Sequence record: KU726251.1
Direction: 5' to 3' (one strand)
DNA length: 64,000 nt
Made by a program: the position numbers and the translations under genes. The notes below the pieces were generated by a model. The model was given only the letters and a program-made list of their open reading frames with translations. It had not been told where the DNA came from and did not search any database. This document shows, piece by piece, positions 1 to 10,182 of the stretch. Positions within the stretch are counted from its first letter, which is position 1. Every line of letters begins with the position of its first letter.

Positions 1-4
1 ATTA

Positions 5-1141
5 ATGAAATACGCTACGCCGGAAACTATAACTCTGACGGCGCACGCTAACTCCTTGTGTTATACCGGGTCATGCAAGATGACCTATGTTTACGAACCG
101 ATTGCGATGTATCCGAAGTCGGGTCCTGGGCCAAAAGGATTAATGGCTGGTAATGAGTTATACGGATTCTTTGGGCTGGTAAGCGCGGAAGAGTTATTCA
201 CATCTGATGAAATGGTGTATGCCCTCTATAACGGCACCAACTGGCCTAACCGCTACGCTATCAAGTGGCTCAAATTCTTTCTGAATGGGGCGGTAGTGTT
301 TGTTCCGACCCGTGCGATTTGCAACGTTACCTGGGCAGACCTGTACAACAAGGGTGCAATATTTGATTCCGGAGACGCAGGACCTCGCCCGAAGTCGACT
401 TACACACCTGTCGATGTTGAACAGTTGAAATACATGGTAAAACGGGATGATGAAGGAACGCATTATTTCAGAATGTCTATCCCGTATTACACCGAGAACG
501 CCGCCGCGCCTGATTGGAGTAAACCGCCGTCAATCACCTCTATCCTGTCACTGACCAGCAAATTGGGGTCGGTGAACGTATATGGGGAATGGGGAACTCT
601 TAGCACGACTGATGCTAACTTCCTGGATTACGTGTGGTTACGACACCAGTTCGGTGCCGACCAAGCGTATTACCAGTCTATCAGTGGGAGCTATCGTTCA
701 TACACCTACATTTACACCTCTTCTGGCTTTTGGCCAATCTTGGAGATGTTTGATGTTGCCAATGAACCTGTGCCGTTGATTGACGAAGGTGCAGAACTGA
801 CATGGGCACCGTCCGTGGTTACTCTGACGGACATCGACCAAAATGAATCGCTTCGTGTGGTGCCTATTACGGAAACCTCCGCTGCAGCGAATCCACGTCC
901 GTTAGTTTTCAACACCGACAACACCGAAACTGCCACCCCTGCCTGGCTGCGGGAAGCGTCATCAGACTCACCACGTCCTCTGCTTGCCGCGACGGACAAT
1001 GATGAACGTGCATATTCCGTCGCGGTAACAGGCATGGCTAGCGTTAAGATTAGACCGATTATTCTCACGACTGACCAAATCGCCCAACCTTCAAAAATTA
1101 CTCTGGGCGATACTAACGGTGAGTTGGATGGATTCCAATAA
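5..1141 (+). CDS. Virion structural protein, paralog type A (5' end lies upstream of the window)
   Basis: Aligns to residue ~120 onward of 3057..4499 (SGPGP..GyFG.VS..ELFT, WLKFF..G). Shares the C-terminal NGELDGF motif. Frame is open at the window edge. Confidence 0.75.
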   Translation: MKYATPETITLTAHANSLCYTGSCKMTYVYEPIAMYPKSGPGPKGLMAGNELYGFFGLVSAEELFTSDEMVYALYNGTNWPNRYAIKWLKFFLNGAVVFVPTRAICNVTWADLYNKGAIFDSGDAGPRPKSTYTPVDVEQLKYMVKRDDEGTHYFRMSIPYYTENAAAPDWSKPPSITSILSLTSKLGSVNVYGEWGTLSTTDANFLDYVWLRHQFGADQAYYQSISGSYRSYTYIYTSSGFWPILEMFDVANEPVPLIDEGAELTWAPSVVTLTDIDQNESLRVVPITETSAAANPRPLVFNTDNTETATPAWLREASSDSPRPLLAATDNDERAYSVAVTGMASVKIRPIILTTDQIAQPSKITLGDTNGELDGFQ

Positions 1142-1153
1142 GAGGTAACGACA

Positions 1154-2143
1154 ATGGCTTTTACAATTCGTTGGACGAACAATAACCCTGGGGCTTCGAC
1201 CGTGAAGCTGTACCGCGACACCAAACCTCTGGTGCGTGCGGCATTACCTGAACCCCTGGCAACGTTCACTAACGGGGAAACTGAGTATACTGACCGAACA
1301 GCGATACTGGGGACAACGTATTACTACATGACCACCGTGACAGTGGGAAGTCGGACACTGTTCAGTCCGCAGAAATCAATTCTGATTCAGAACCGTCGCG
1401 GTATCGGCATCGTGGCTCCACAGTACGGTGATGACCGCTTTGCGTATTACGGGTACGTGACGTACGGTGAATTACCTAGCGCGGGTGATTATCCGCCAGG
1501 GTTTGTGGCCCTTTCTGGATACGACCCAACTGTTAAGCCGGGCTTGATGAAGTTCCAGCTAGACGGTAAAATTCTGTATCTGTTTAGTGGTCTTCGTGCG
1601 AACGGCAACACGCTGTATAGCCGTGATGCGATTTATAACGCGGGTTTGCTGTACGGTGTGGCGGGACCTGGTCCGGAAGGCGGTCATGGCGATTTACCTG
1701 ACGTTGACCAGGCTGGGGAGTTTACGTGGTTGGGTGACCGCTATCGGATGCGCCTGCTGCGCGGTTTAACACTCGACAGTGAAAGCCCGGTCATGACACT
1801 CGACGCACAGTGGAACGGTAAACTCCATGACGAGTCGCCGTATACTGCCGATAGCGAATACAACCGACTCATCTATGGGATAAGTAGCTGGTTCCCAGAA
1901 AAGAAAAAAGTGATGTCCCTGATAAAGTGGTCGAACACCAGCATATTCGGAAGTGGATCGCTGGTGGCAGGCCGTGGGGCGCATTGTCAGGAGTTTGACC
2001 CAGACAGTAAGTTGGGGCTGACGCGCGGATGGGCGGCGGCGGATTCCACTGATACCGTGGATAACCTCCAGCGTATACAACATGTCCCTGGTGCGACCGT
2101 GGGCGGTATTTGGATTCCAGTAATCGAGCTTATCGAGGATTAA
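1154..2143 (+). CDS. Virion structural protein, paralog type B (N-terminal FN3/Ig-like domain plus shared family domain)
   Basis: RBS gaggt. N-terminus W..LYR...EYTD....TYYY resembles FN3. Clear paralog of 4510..5508. Confidence 0.75.
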   Translation: MAFTIRWTNNNPGASTVKLYRDTKPLVRAALPEPLATFTNGETEYTDRTAILGTTYYYMTTVTVGSRTLFSPQKSILIQNRRGIGIVAPQYGDDRFAYYGYVTYGELPSAGDYPPGFVALSGYDPTVKPGLMKFQLDGKILYLFSGLRANGNTLYSRDAIYNAGLLYGVAGPGPEGGHGDLPDVDQAGEFTWLGDRYRMRLLRGLTLDSESPVMTLDAQWNGKLHDESPYTADSEYNRLIYGISSWFPEKKKVMSLIKWSNTSIFGSGSLVAGRGAHCQEFDPDSKLGLTRGWAAADSTDTVDNLQRIQHVPGATVGGIWIPVIELIED

Positions 2144-2145
2144 TC

Positions 2146-3045
2146 ATGCCTATTACATTAAACTTTGCACAACGGAAGCCACAGGCGCTCGATAACATTG
2201 AAATCTATCGCAAGACGCCGGGCAACGCCACCATTGATGTTAATGCACCGGGAACGCCTCTGGCAACCCTTCCGGGTGACGCTACATCGTACGAAGACAA
2301 CGCTGTGGAAAACAACACCACTTACCGTTATTGGATAGCTGCGGTTAAAGACGGTGAGCGTGTCTTCAACACCCCTACCGCCCAAGGGTTCTTTTTAGAC
2401 ACCGGGCCTGGCCCCCAGAAACTGTTATACGGCGACTGGCACGCTGGATACTTTGGAACAGTAACGCCAGCAGAGTTATTCACTAACACGGAACTGAACG
2501 GCCTCGTGGTGAATATGTTCAGTTCCGCCGTTGGTGCCTGGCATAAATTCATTTACAAAAACCGTATTCTGTTTATGTCCGATAACTCGATAATAAACGC
2601 TAGCCCGCAGTTCATTTATAACCAGGGGATGATGTACGGCCAGGATGGCAATGGATATGTACCGGGCTGGGCTACTGCACGTAACCAACGGCGCACGGTG
2701 ACGAAAAACGGTTACGAATACGTGGTGCGCTTGCCGTATTTGTTCGACTACAAATTCTGGACGTCTTACGTTGGAAGCGGTAACACTGAGTTGTATCTCG
2801 ACGGTGAGTGGTTTAACACCTTCGCGCGCCTGTACAACTACAGTGGGCAGTTTCCGCGCTTTGACGACATTCCGGTCGGTCCAATCGATTCGGTTACTGC
2901 CCAACAATCTGCATTCTTTGCGGCTATGAATAACACGTCCAGTCAGTGGTACAACCGTCCACCTTACCCCGAGTCGCCGACGTGGAGTAACTACGGTACC
3001 ACTACAATACGCTCCATTGCGGTACTTGAACTCGTTCTGCCTTAA
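2146..3045 (+). CDS. Virion structural protein, paralog type C (FN3-like N-terminus plus GPGP family domain)
   Basis: ATG 2146 follows gagga RBS (ORF track start 2110 overlaps the previous gene). TGPGPQKLLYGDWHAGYFG motif. Paralog of 5512..6414. Resembles the phiKZ gp131-like paralog family (from memory). Confidence 0.75.
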   Translation: MPITLNFAQRKPQALDNIEIYRKTPGNATIDVNAPGTPLATLPGDATSYEDNAVENNTTYRYWIAAVKDGERVFNTPTAQGFFLDTGPGPQKLLYGDWHAGYFGTVTPAELFTNTELNGLVVNMFSSAVGAWHKFIYKNRILFMSDNSIINASPQFIYNQGMMYGQDGNGYVPGWATARNQRRTVTKNGYEYVVRLPYLFDYKFWTSYVGSGNTELYLDGEWFNTFARLYNYSGQFPRFDDIPVGPIDSVTAQQSAFFAAMNNTSSQWYNRPPYPESPTWSNYGTTTIRSIAVLELVLP

Positions 3046-3056
3046 CAGGAGACTTC

Positions 3057-4499
3057 ATGGGATTGTATAGCGCACCCGAACTGGAATTACTCTGCCAACA
3101 AGTCGTAAGGGATAACCCTGAACTCGCAGGAAGAATCAGCGCTGATTCGATTGGGGTGAGGGGTATTCCTGCCGAGACCACTAAGAATGGTCGTAACACG
3201 GTAATTACGTTGGTAGGAAAACCCGGTAAAGGTTTCTCTGGGGAGTGCACGGTTTATTACGACCGTTTAACATTATCAGATCTATTTAAAATAGCTCCGC
3301 GCGTCTACGTACCACAAACGGCCAAGACCGTGCGGGATCTTCTCCCAGCTCTACGCGATTTATACGGTGTTTGGTTATCTGATAGCAGTGTACAGTCGGT
3401 AGACGCGCCTATCAAATCGCTGGCAACGCCAACACGTATTAATTTAACCGCGTATAATAGCGTATGCTATCGCGGCTATATCCCGGTCGATTATTTGAAT
3501 GAAGCCGTGGGCTACTATCCAGATTCTGGGCCAGGCAATAAATATTTGTTGGCAGGGGACAGCACAAACGGATACTTCGGCCACGTTTCTCAGCAAGAGT
3601 TATTTACCTTTGCTGAACTAAACAACCTAATTCGTCCTGATGTTGCCCCAACGAAAATGACTTTCGAATGGTTGAAATTTTTCAAGGATGGTAAGATTGT
3701 TTATCTACCGACTACCGGAACGTTAACAGCAACCTGGACGGCCCTTTATCAAGCGGGTGCCATTTTCGGTACAGGTGACGCTGGTCCGTATCCAGACGGT
3801 ATCGAACCTGTTGACCAGGCTTTGATTGTCACGAAAACTGAGAATAACAAGACGCATTATTACCGCGTCTCCGTTCCGGTTAGCCCTGATTTATCAAAGG
3901 CCACACCGTTGTGGCTTATTTCACAACTCGGTGATGGTTCTACGGGCGGCGACTGGGCAAATGACACCACGTTAACCAGAACCACCGTCTTCTTCACGCA
4001 ACAACTGTTAACCGGGGGTAACCCTGTTAAAGTACAACGTTGCAATATGCGCGGTGGCTCAGTTGAATGGGTAACCCTCACAGATACCACTTACTGGTGG
4101 CCTGTTTTAGAGGAAATCAATAAGGACGACATCGTCTTACCTTTAGCTGATGTGGAAGGGGATGTTGTGTGGCGCGTTAGGGTTATTCCTAATGTACCAT
4201 CACCACAACCTGATAGCATTCGCCCTCTTGCAGTCGAGGTTGCGACAACAGATGCGCCGAGACCTCTAGCAACAACTGCGGAACAGGTGGAAGAACCTAT
4301 CAGCCCGATTGTGGTGGGTGAACCAAACGTCGACACTGCGCTGCCGTTATCGACAGTGTCGAACAGCGTAGGTACAGTTAGGCCGATGGTTGTACTTGAA
4401 CCACGCGTCGACGCACCGCGTCCACTACCGCCTACTCAGGCAGAACCTCCACTTAAAACAGATTTAGCAACCGCGAACGGTGAGTTGAACGGCTTCTAA
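3057..4499 (+). CDS. Virion structural protein, paralog type A
   Basis: RBS aggag. N-terminal RDNP...YYDRL.LS domain, central SGPG domain, RPL repeats, C-terminal NGELNGF. Confidence 0.8.
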   Translation: MGLYSAPELELLCQQVVRDNPELAGRISADSIGVRGIPAETTKNGRNTVITLVGKPGKGFSGECTVYYDRLTLSDLFKIAPRVYVPQTAKTVRDLLPALRDLYGVWLSDSSVQSVDAPIKSLATPTRINLTAYNSVCYRGYIPVDYLNEAVGYYPDSGPGNKYLLAGDSTNGYFGHVSQQELFTFAELNNLIRPDVAPTKMTFEWLKFFKDGKIVYLPTTGTLTATWTALYQAGAIFGTGDAGPYPDGIEPVDQALIVTKTENNKTHYYRVSVPVSPDLSKATPLWLISQLGDGSTGGDWANDTTLTRTTVFFTQQLLTGGNPVKVQRCNMRGGSVEWVTLTDTTYWWPVLEEINKDDIVLPLADVEGDVVWRVRVIPNVPSPQPDSIRPLAVEVATTDAPRPLATTAEQVEEPISPIVVGEPNVDTALPLSTVSNSVGTVRPMVVLEPRVDAPRPLPPTQAEPPLKTDLATANGELNGF

Positions 4500-4509
4500 G
4501 GAGTAACAG

Positions 4510-5508
4510 ATGGCTTTCACACTACGCTGGAAAAATGAAAATCCGGCAGGTTCAATTGTTAACATTTATCGGGGCACGGCTAAAATAAATACAGCCGCAT
4601 TACCAGCCCCTATTGCAACTTTAAGTAATGGCGAAACGGAATGGACGGACGAAACCGTTATTCTTAACACCCGTTACTGGTATCTTTTAACAGTAACTGT
4701 TAACGGTCGTACCGTAGGTAGTCCACAAAAATCCATTGTCATTAAAAACCGTCGTGGTGTGGGTGGCGTCGACCAGATTAACTATTCCGATACTGACGAC
4801 TTGGCGTTTCTGGGGCAGTTGCCGTTCGAAGAACAGATGACCTATGACGCGTTGCCTGCAGGCTTTCGTGCATTAACAGGGATATCGGGCACGGGCACGC
4901 TAATCATGAACAAGTTTTATCGTCATGGTAAAGTTTACTACATGATGAACAACGGCGGACGATTTAACTCTACACTTTACTCGTGGAATGACATTTATAA
5001 CGCGGGGCTTGTGTACGGCGTTGATGGATTTGGCCCTGATAACGGACGTGGTGATTTGGCGGGTGTTGACCAGAGTGGGTTGTTTGAATGGCAAGGCGAC
5101 ACCTATCGGATGCGATTGCTGCGCGGTTTAACCGACGGGGACGAACCGACAGTAATGACGTTGGATGAATCGTTACGAAACGCAGACCATGATGACTTGG
5201 AATATGGTCGCTGCGAATATAACGACTTTGTTTATCCGTTCGCGGATTGCATCCCTAACAAACAAATGCTCCCCAACTGGACTAATACCAGTCCGGCGTA
5301 CATTTATGGGAGCGGTAGCGCTTACCAAGGCAAAGGTTTCTTGTGCCAGGAACGTGATCCTGAATCGGGATTAGTTCTGGTTCGTGGGTCTGCGCCTATC
5401 GATTCAAGCACAACCAATACGTCGAAACGTAACCTCTCTCAAGTTACGTTAATTGACAGTGCTGAGAAGGTCGGTTTGTACGCATTCGTTATCGAGTTAG
5501 TGGAGTAA
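4510..5508 (+). CDS. Virion structural protein, paralog type B
   Basis: Collinear similarity to 1154..2143 over its full length (MAFT.RW.N, YRMRLLRGLT). Confidence 0.8.
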   Translation: MAFTLRWKNENPAGSIVNIYRGTAKINTAALPAPIATLSNGETEWTDETVILNTRYWYLLTVTVNGRTVGSPQKSIVIKNRRGVGGVDQINYSDTDDLAFLGQLPFEEQMTYDALPAGFRALTGISGTGTLIMNKFYRHGKVYYMMNNGGRFNSTLYSWNDIYNAGLVYGVDGFGPDNGRGDLAGVDQSGLFEWQGDTYRMRLLRGLTDGDEPTVMTLDESLRNADHDDLEYGRCEYNDFVYPFADCIPNKQMLPNWTNTSPAYIYGSGSAYQGKGFLCQERDPESGLVLVRGSAPIDSSTTNTSKRNLSQVTLIDSAEKVGLYAFVIELVE

Positions 5509-5511
5509 AAC

Positions 5512-6414
5512 ATGTCGATTATCTTAAACTGGAAACAACAGCCAGGCCAGACTTTAGATTCCATTGAAATCTATCGTTACGACAACCCTAGACAAAGTGT
5601 TAACCCAGTAGCACCGGGGGAACCTATTGTAACACTACCAGGTAACACAACGACGTACGAGGACAAGACCACCGAAGCGTATAAAACGTATCAATATCGC
5701 ATCGTGGCGGTAAAGGGCACTGAAAAGGTTATGGGGCTGCCGATTGTACAGGGCGACTTTCCAATGACAGGACCCGGCCCACAGGAACTTATTCGTGGCG
5801 ACTGGCATCGTGGCTACTTTGGCACACTGACAAACGAAGAATTTATTCTTAACCATGCCGAGCTGAATGGTTTAATTGGCTTTAATGCCTGGAACCAAGC
5901 TCCAACATTGTTCCATAAATTCGTTTTCAAAGGACGCATTCTGTTCATTCCTGACACGGTGACCCGTTTAGGGACGACGTGGAACGAACAATACCAGCAA
6001 GGTCTGGCCTGGGGAACAGATGACTACGGTTTCCCGCCACGGGGCGTCGCTACCACTAACCAGCGTCGGACATTTAATAAAGACGGTTACGAGTATGTGG
6101 TACGTTTGCCTCGACTCGGAGACTACAGTTATGGGCACAGCACCTACCTAAGCAGCGGTGGTTATTTTCAAGATGGCGAGTGGCACAACACGTTCGCAAG
6201 CTTGTTCCGCTACGCGGGCGTCGTAAGACGTTTTGGCGACTTACCGACGCGCTCCGGCGGTAGTCCAACCGATTCAAGCGCAACATTGTTTGCCAACGGT
6301 TATGACAACGCCACCCCCTGGTACTATCGCAGCAACTCACCAGACTCACCATCGTACACCTCTTCGACCAATAGCGCGTCGGTAGTCCACGTTATCGAAC
6401 TGGTTCTTAGCTAA
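5512..6414 (+). CDS. Virion structural protein, paralog type C
   Basis: Collinear similarity to 2146..3045 (TGPGPQ.L..GDWH.GYFG, GYEYVVRLP, ends ELVL). Confidence 0.8.
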   Translation: MSIILNWKQQPGQTLDSIEIYRYDNPRQSVNPVAPGEPIVTLPGNTTTYEDKTTEAYKTYQYRIVAVKGTEKVMGLPIVQGDFPMTGPGPQELIRGDWHRGYFGTLTNEEFILNHAELNGLIGFNAWNQAPTLFHKFVFKGRILFIPDTVTRLGTTWNEQYQQGLAWGTDDYGFPPRGVATTNQRRTFNKDGYEYVVRLPRLGDYSYGHSTYLSSGGYFQDGEWHNTFASLFRYAGVVRRFGDLPTRSGGSPTDSSATLFANGYDNATPWYYRSNSPDSPSYTSSTNSASVVHVIELVLS

Positions 6415-6425
6415 CAGGAGCTAAT

Positions 6426-6561
6426 ATGGGGTTTTACTCATCCACTGCACTTGAGCTGTTGTGTCGGCTCATTCAGCGGGATAATCCCCAACACGCAGGT
6501 CGAATCAGCTGGAGTTAAAGGGATAGCGTACTTCACCATAACAGCTAAAAATAGGCCCTGA
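6426..6561 (+). pseudogene. Truncated remnant of a third type-A gene
   Basis: After RBS aggag reads MGFYSSTALELLCRLIQRDNPQHAGRISWS*, matching MGLYSAPELELLCQQVVRDNPELAGRIS of 3057. GVKGI follows in another frame (vs GVRGI), then a terminator. Confidence 0.8.
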
Positions 6562-6582
6562 AGGGCCTATTTTCTTTTTTTA
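6548..6582 (+). terminator. Intrinsic terminator
   Basis: aaaataggccc-tgaa-gggcctatttt followed by a T-tract. Confidence 0.8.
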
Positions 6583-6592
6583 GGACGTTGCA

Positions 6593-7912
6593 ATGATCAA
6601 CTATAACAAACCTGTCATGCAGCTGGTTTGGGATCAGATTAATCGTGATAACCCGCAGCTCAAGAAACCACTCAACGCAACCAACGTGGCGTTATTACAA
6701 GGTCCTTTAACCAATGCCTTGCGCGATGGCCGCAACAGCCGTATAGTGGTAAACGGATTACAGGGTGGCGGTTACAGCGGTAAGATGGACATCTACTACG
6801 ACCGCTTAAACCTTTCGCAGTATTTTAAAGGCGTCAGCGTACCGGTTAAAGTACCTTATCGGGCGACGTCCTACCGCGACATCATCGACCGGATTTCCGC
6901 AGCTTGTGGGCTGGTGCTTACTGCTGACGATTTAACGTATCCTGACAGCCAGTTTGCAATGATCACTGTGGCAACGGGCGATCGGACGGTGGCGATTAAA
7001 TCGGATAACCCCGCATTCACGGGTCACATTCCTATTAGCTTTATTCGTGAAGAGCCCAGCTTTGCCGACTTGTACCACACCACCGAAACCGGAGCTTGGG
7101 AACCCATGGATGTTTACAGCACGGTCTATCGACTCGACTGGAGCATGTACACCCAACAGATAATCAATATCCCGATGGGTACCCCGCTGCGACTAAACAG
7201 TAACTCGTACATGACCCAGTTCATCGCGGCGCTGTCGGCATGGTCGGGCATCCCGTTCACTATCGGTAATGCTGCTACTGATAACCCGTATGACCTCTAT
7301 GGGTATGTCGCTACACGCAATAACAACCCAGGCTTAGACCCTGATATGCGTGGGGAGTACAATTACTGCGTGAAGTTGACGCCACCTGAGGATATGGGTA
7401 ATCTCCGCCGCCCGTTCTTCTTGCACTTTGGTCCGAAAAATAACGTGGCCTATTTGGCGCAGGAAGAGGACGTCGAACGTTATGCGCGTTACATGAGTTT
7501 CCGGGAAACCAGCCCAAATTCGATGAGCGTCACGTTGTATCAAAACGAGTACGTGTTGACTCGGGCAGAATCGCCTGAAACTGCGGATGATTTAACGGGT
7601 TCCCCGTATGGCACTCGATACTGTACCGGGAGTATTCGACGGCTGATGCAACACGCGTTTCCGACCGAAGAGATGTTCCAAGAAAGTATTGCTAACCGAC
7701 GTCGGGTACTGTACCACACTGCTTACACCACCACGACATCAGCTATTACTTACCAGGGACTATACCGTAACGGATACCAATCCAAACAAATGACGAGCCT
7801 CTACTCGAATTACTGTAACTATTTCATCTATTACGACCCAAGCAAAGGCGGCTATATGGTCTACAGTCCATATAGCAAAACTGCCCCGGTCCCTTGGTAT
7901 CCAGCGCTATAG
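6593..7912 (+). CDS. Putative tail fibre/virion protein
   Basis: N-terminal QINRDNP...YYDRLNLS domain shared with 3057 and 12998. Unique C-terminal part ends SPYSKTAPVPW, like NPYTKSAPKPW in 7927. Confidence 0.7.
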   Translation: MINYNKPVMQLVWDQINRDNPQLKKPLNATNVALLQGPLTNALRDGRNSRIVVNGLQGGGYSGKMDIYYDRLNLSQYFKGVSVPVKVPYRATSYRDIIDRISAACGLVLTADDLTYPDSQFAMITVATGDRTVAIKSDNPAFTGHIPISFIREEPSFADLYHTTETGAWEPMDVYSTVYRLDWSMYTQQIINIPMGTPLRLNSNSYMTQFIAALSAWSGIPFTIGNAATDNPYDLYGYVATRNNNPGLDPDMRGEYNYCVKLTPPEDMGNLRRPFFLHFGPKNNVAYLAQEEDVERYARYMSFRETSPNSMSVTLYQNEYVLTRAESPETADDLTGSPYGTRYCTGSIRRLMQHAFPTEEMFQESIANRRRVLYHTAYTTTTSAITYQGLYRNGYQSKQMTSLYSNYCNYFIYYDPSKGGYMVYSPYSKTAPVPWYPAL

Positions 7913-7926
7913 ACTAAGGTGTCACC

Positions 7927-10104
7927 ATGCCATACACTCCCGATTTAGTGGCGACCGTGATTCGGTCGCTCAACCGTAAAAACGCGGTCGCCAAAGCAGT
8001 AGACCCCGCTAACGTACGCCTGGTGTCCGTGGCGCATCGTGACGAAAAAACCCTAGACGTCACACTGACAGGGGGTCCGGGGTATTCTAGTTACGGTCAA
8101 ATTACGGCCCAAGTCACGAAGCAAAATATTGCTGATTATTTCGCCAAGGTTAAGTTGGATGCCATTCCCACTTGTGCGTCCATCCACGAACTGTTGCCGC
8201 ATTTAGACACTCTACTAGGGATTACCTTTTTAACCGACGACTTTGAAGACCTGCCCATCACTTGGACAAACAATGCTGCGCGTATCACGTTCCAGGCGAA
8301 ACAGACAAGTCTTATTTGGTACGGCAGCCAAACGCTAGATGTGATAAACGGTGACGTGGATATCAACACCGTCTACACTGTTACCAATATCATTCTCACG
8401 CTAAAGGCTGCGAATAAACAGCAGTGGATTAACTTCTACTCTAATGCAGCCAAACGGATCGTGGATCTTGATAAAGTCGATGTCAGCGCCCCGATGTCCC
8501 CGGAGGATATAGGCCAAACCTCTGCGTATAACAGCGTCGTAGCTTTGACCGCTAGACCGGGGAGCGGGATGTTTGGAACGAAGTATGTGTTCTTCTCACG
8601 TAACAAACTCGAGACATATGCAGGCAAAACCACATACGTCCCGGATGATTTCACCGGTAGCCTGCACGATGCTCTGGCCATCGAGACACTCGGCATTCGG
8701 AGCGTTTTTGATGTAAACGAAATTGCTCCTGTAGAGAGCCTGGCAGGCGAGTGGCCGAGACAAGTGCAATTGGCACCCGTAGAGGGTTCGTACAAAGTCA
8801 TGGGCAGTGCCACGTTGAATGTAGCACGCTATCAAGATAACGAGCAAACCCTTAACCTGAACTACACAACTACGTCGCAACTTTCGGACAGCTACTGGGC
8901 CACAACGTTGACCAACCACGCGGCGTGCGGGCGTTTGTTTGTTAACGTGACCGTAGATGCGGGGGCTTTCGTTTATCGCGACAGCAACCTGAAACCGACG
9001 TTCGTTATCGACGAATTGCCGCAAATTGGCGAGGTGGTTTGGAAGTTCGTTAACCGGGGAACCATTCTTGGTCGTGGTGGTTCGGGTGTGGTCTACTCTA
9101 TGCCTGCGAACACATCAGCGGACGGAGCTGACGCAATCCACATTAGCGATACCTTCCGTGGCAAAGTCACCATCGAAAACTACGGCACCATCGCCGGAGG
9201 TGGGGGCGGGGGCGACTACTATGCGTTTAGCACCACCAAGATCGGTGGAGCTGGTGGTGCGCCACTCGGGCCAGGCGCGGCGGTACCCAGCGGCACCAAT
9301 AACCGCAACGGCTTAGCTGGGTCCCGTGACAAAGGCGGTGCTACCCAGTTAGTCGTCGCGCAATTTACCGGCTACCAGAGTCGCTACTATGGCGGTCCGG
9401 GTGGGGATTGGGGCCAGCCGGGACGATATACAGCGTTCGAGCAATGGAACACCCCGGCTACCGGCTCGCCAGTCTATGTCTACGGTCGTGAAGACGGGAT
9501 GTCATGGACTCGCCCTGGGATGGCAGGCGAAGCTGTCGGTGGGAATAAAAGTATCGTCAACTGGGTATCCGTCGGAACGGTGAAACCGAATGTTACCGAC
9601 GAGTACCAAGAGTTCCTCGACTACCTCGCAGTTTTAGATGCCAATCGACTGGCCAGTGCGGATGGGATAGATAAAGTCACCGACCCAACCAAGCCTGTAG
9701 TTGTGGAGTTCTTAGGTACGATTATTTCAGGTACGCTGTTCAAAAAGCAAAACATACCCGGCGGTTTGGTGGGAACACCATACGGTGATGCTGTAGCCAA
9801 TTTACCGAGCACCACATTGTTTGGTATCATGGCACACAGTGTATCGGAGTTTGATATTGTGCACGATATTTGGCGTTACAACCGTGCGGTGATGTTCACG
9901 CTAAAACCCGCGCCTACCGGGACGATTAACCTCGCTGTGGAACGCAACCGGGTGAAATCGGCTACCAGTAGTGCACCGGTGGAGAAGTTCTATGTCGATC
10001 GCTTCGTGTATTACGATGCCTACCTCGGTAAGATGATGGAATGTAATCCGTATACCAAATCCGCCCCTAAACCGTGGGTGCGGCCAAAGATATCGTTATC
10101 ATAA
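7927..10104 (+). CDS. Tail fibre/receptor-binding protein with a T-even gp38-like polyglycine adhesin domain
   Basis: Two copies of the shared N-terminal domain, then GTILGRGGSG...DGADAI...IENYGTIAGGGGGG...GGAGGAPLG...GGPGGDWGQPG, the motif order of gp38 adhesins. Confidence 0.7.
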   Translation: MPYTPDLVATVIRSLNRKNAVAKAVDPANVRLVSVAHRDEKTLDVTLTGGPGYSSYGQITAQVTKQNIADYFAKVKLDAIPTCASIHELLPHLDTLLGITFLTDDFEDLPITWTNNAARITFQAKQTSLIWYGSQTLDVINGDVDINTVYTVTNIILTLKAANKQQWINFYSNAAKRIVDLDKVDVSAPMSPEDIGQTSAYNSVVALTARPGSGMFGTKYVFFSRNKLETYAGKTTYVPDDFTGSLHDALAIETLGIRSVFDVNEIAPVESLAGEWPRQVQLAPVEGSYKVMGSATLNVARYQDNEQTLNLNYTTTSQLSDSYWATTLTNHAACGRLFVNVTVDAGAFVYRDSNLKPTFVIDELPQIGEVVWKFVNRGTILGRGGSGVVYSMPANTSADGADAIHISDTFRGKVTIENYGTIAGGGGGGDYYAFSTTKIGGAGGAPLGPGAAVPSGTNNRNGLAGSRDKGGATQLVVAQFTGYQSRYYGGPGGDWGQPGRYTAFEQWNTPATGSPVYVYGREDGMSWTRPGMAGEAVGGNKSIVNWVSVGTVKPNVTDEYQEFLDYLAVLDANRLASADGIDKVTDPTKPVVVEFLGTIISGTLFKKQNIPGGLVGTPYGDAVANLPSTTLFGIMAHSVSEFDIVHDIWRYNRAVMFTLKPAPTGTINLAVERNRVKSATSSAPVEKFYVDRFVYYDAYLGKMMECNPYTKSAPKPWVRPKISLS

Positions 10105-10148
10105 TTTAACGAGGAACTTGACGGGGTTAAAGCCTGAGAATAACCCAT

Positions 10149-10182
10149 GCCCTCTTCCCCACGGGGAAGAGGCTTTCTTTTT
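10149..10182 (+). terminator. Intrinsic terminator
   Basis: cctcttccc-cacg-gggaagagg followed by ctttcttttt. Confidence 0.8.
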
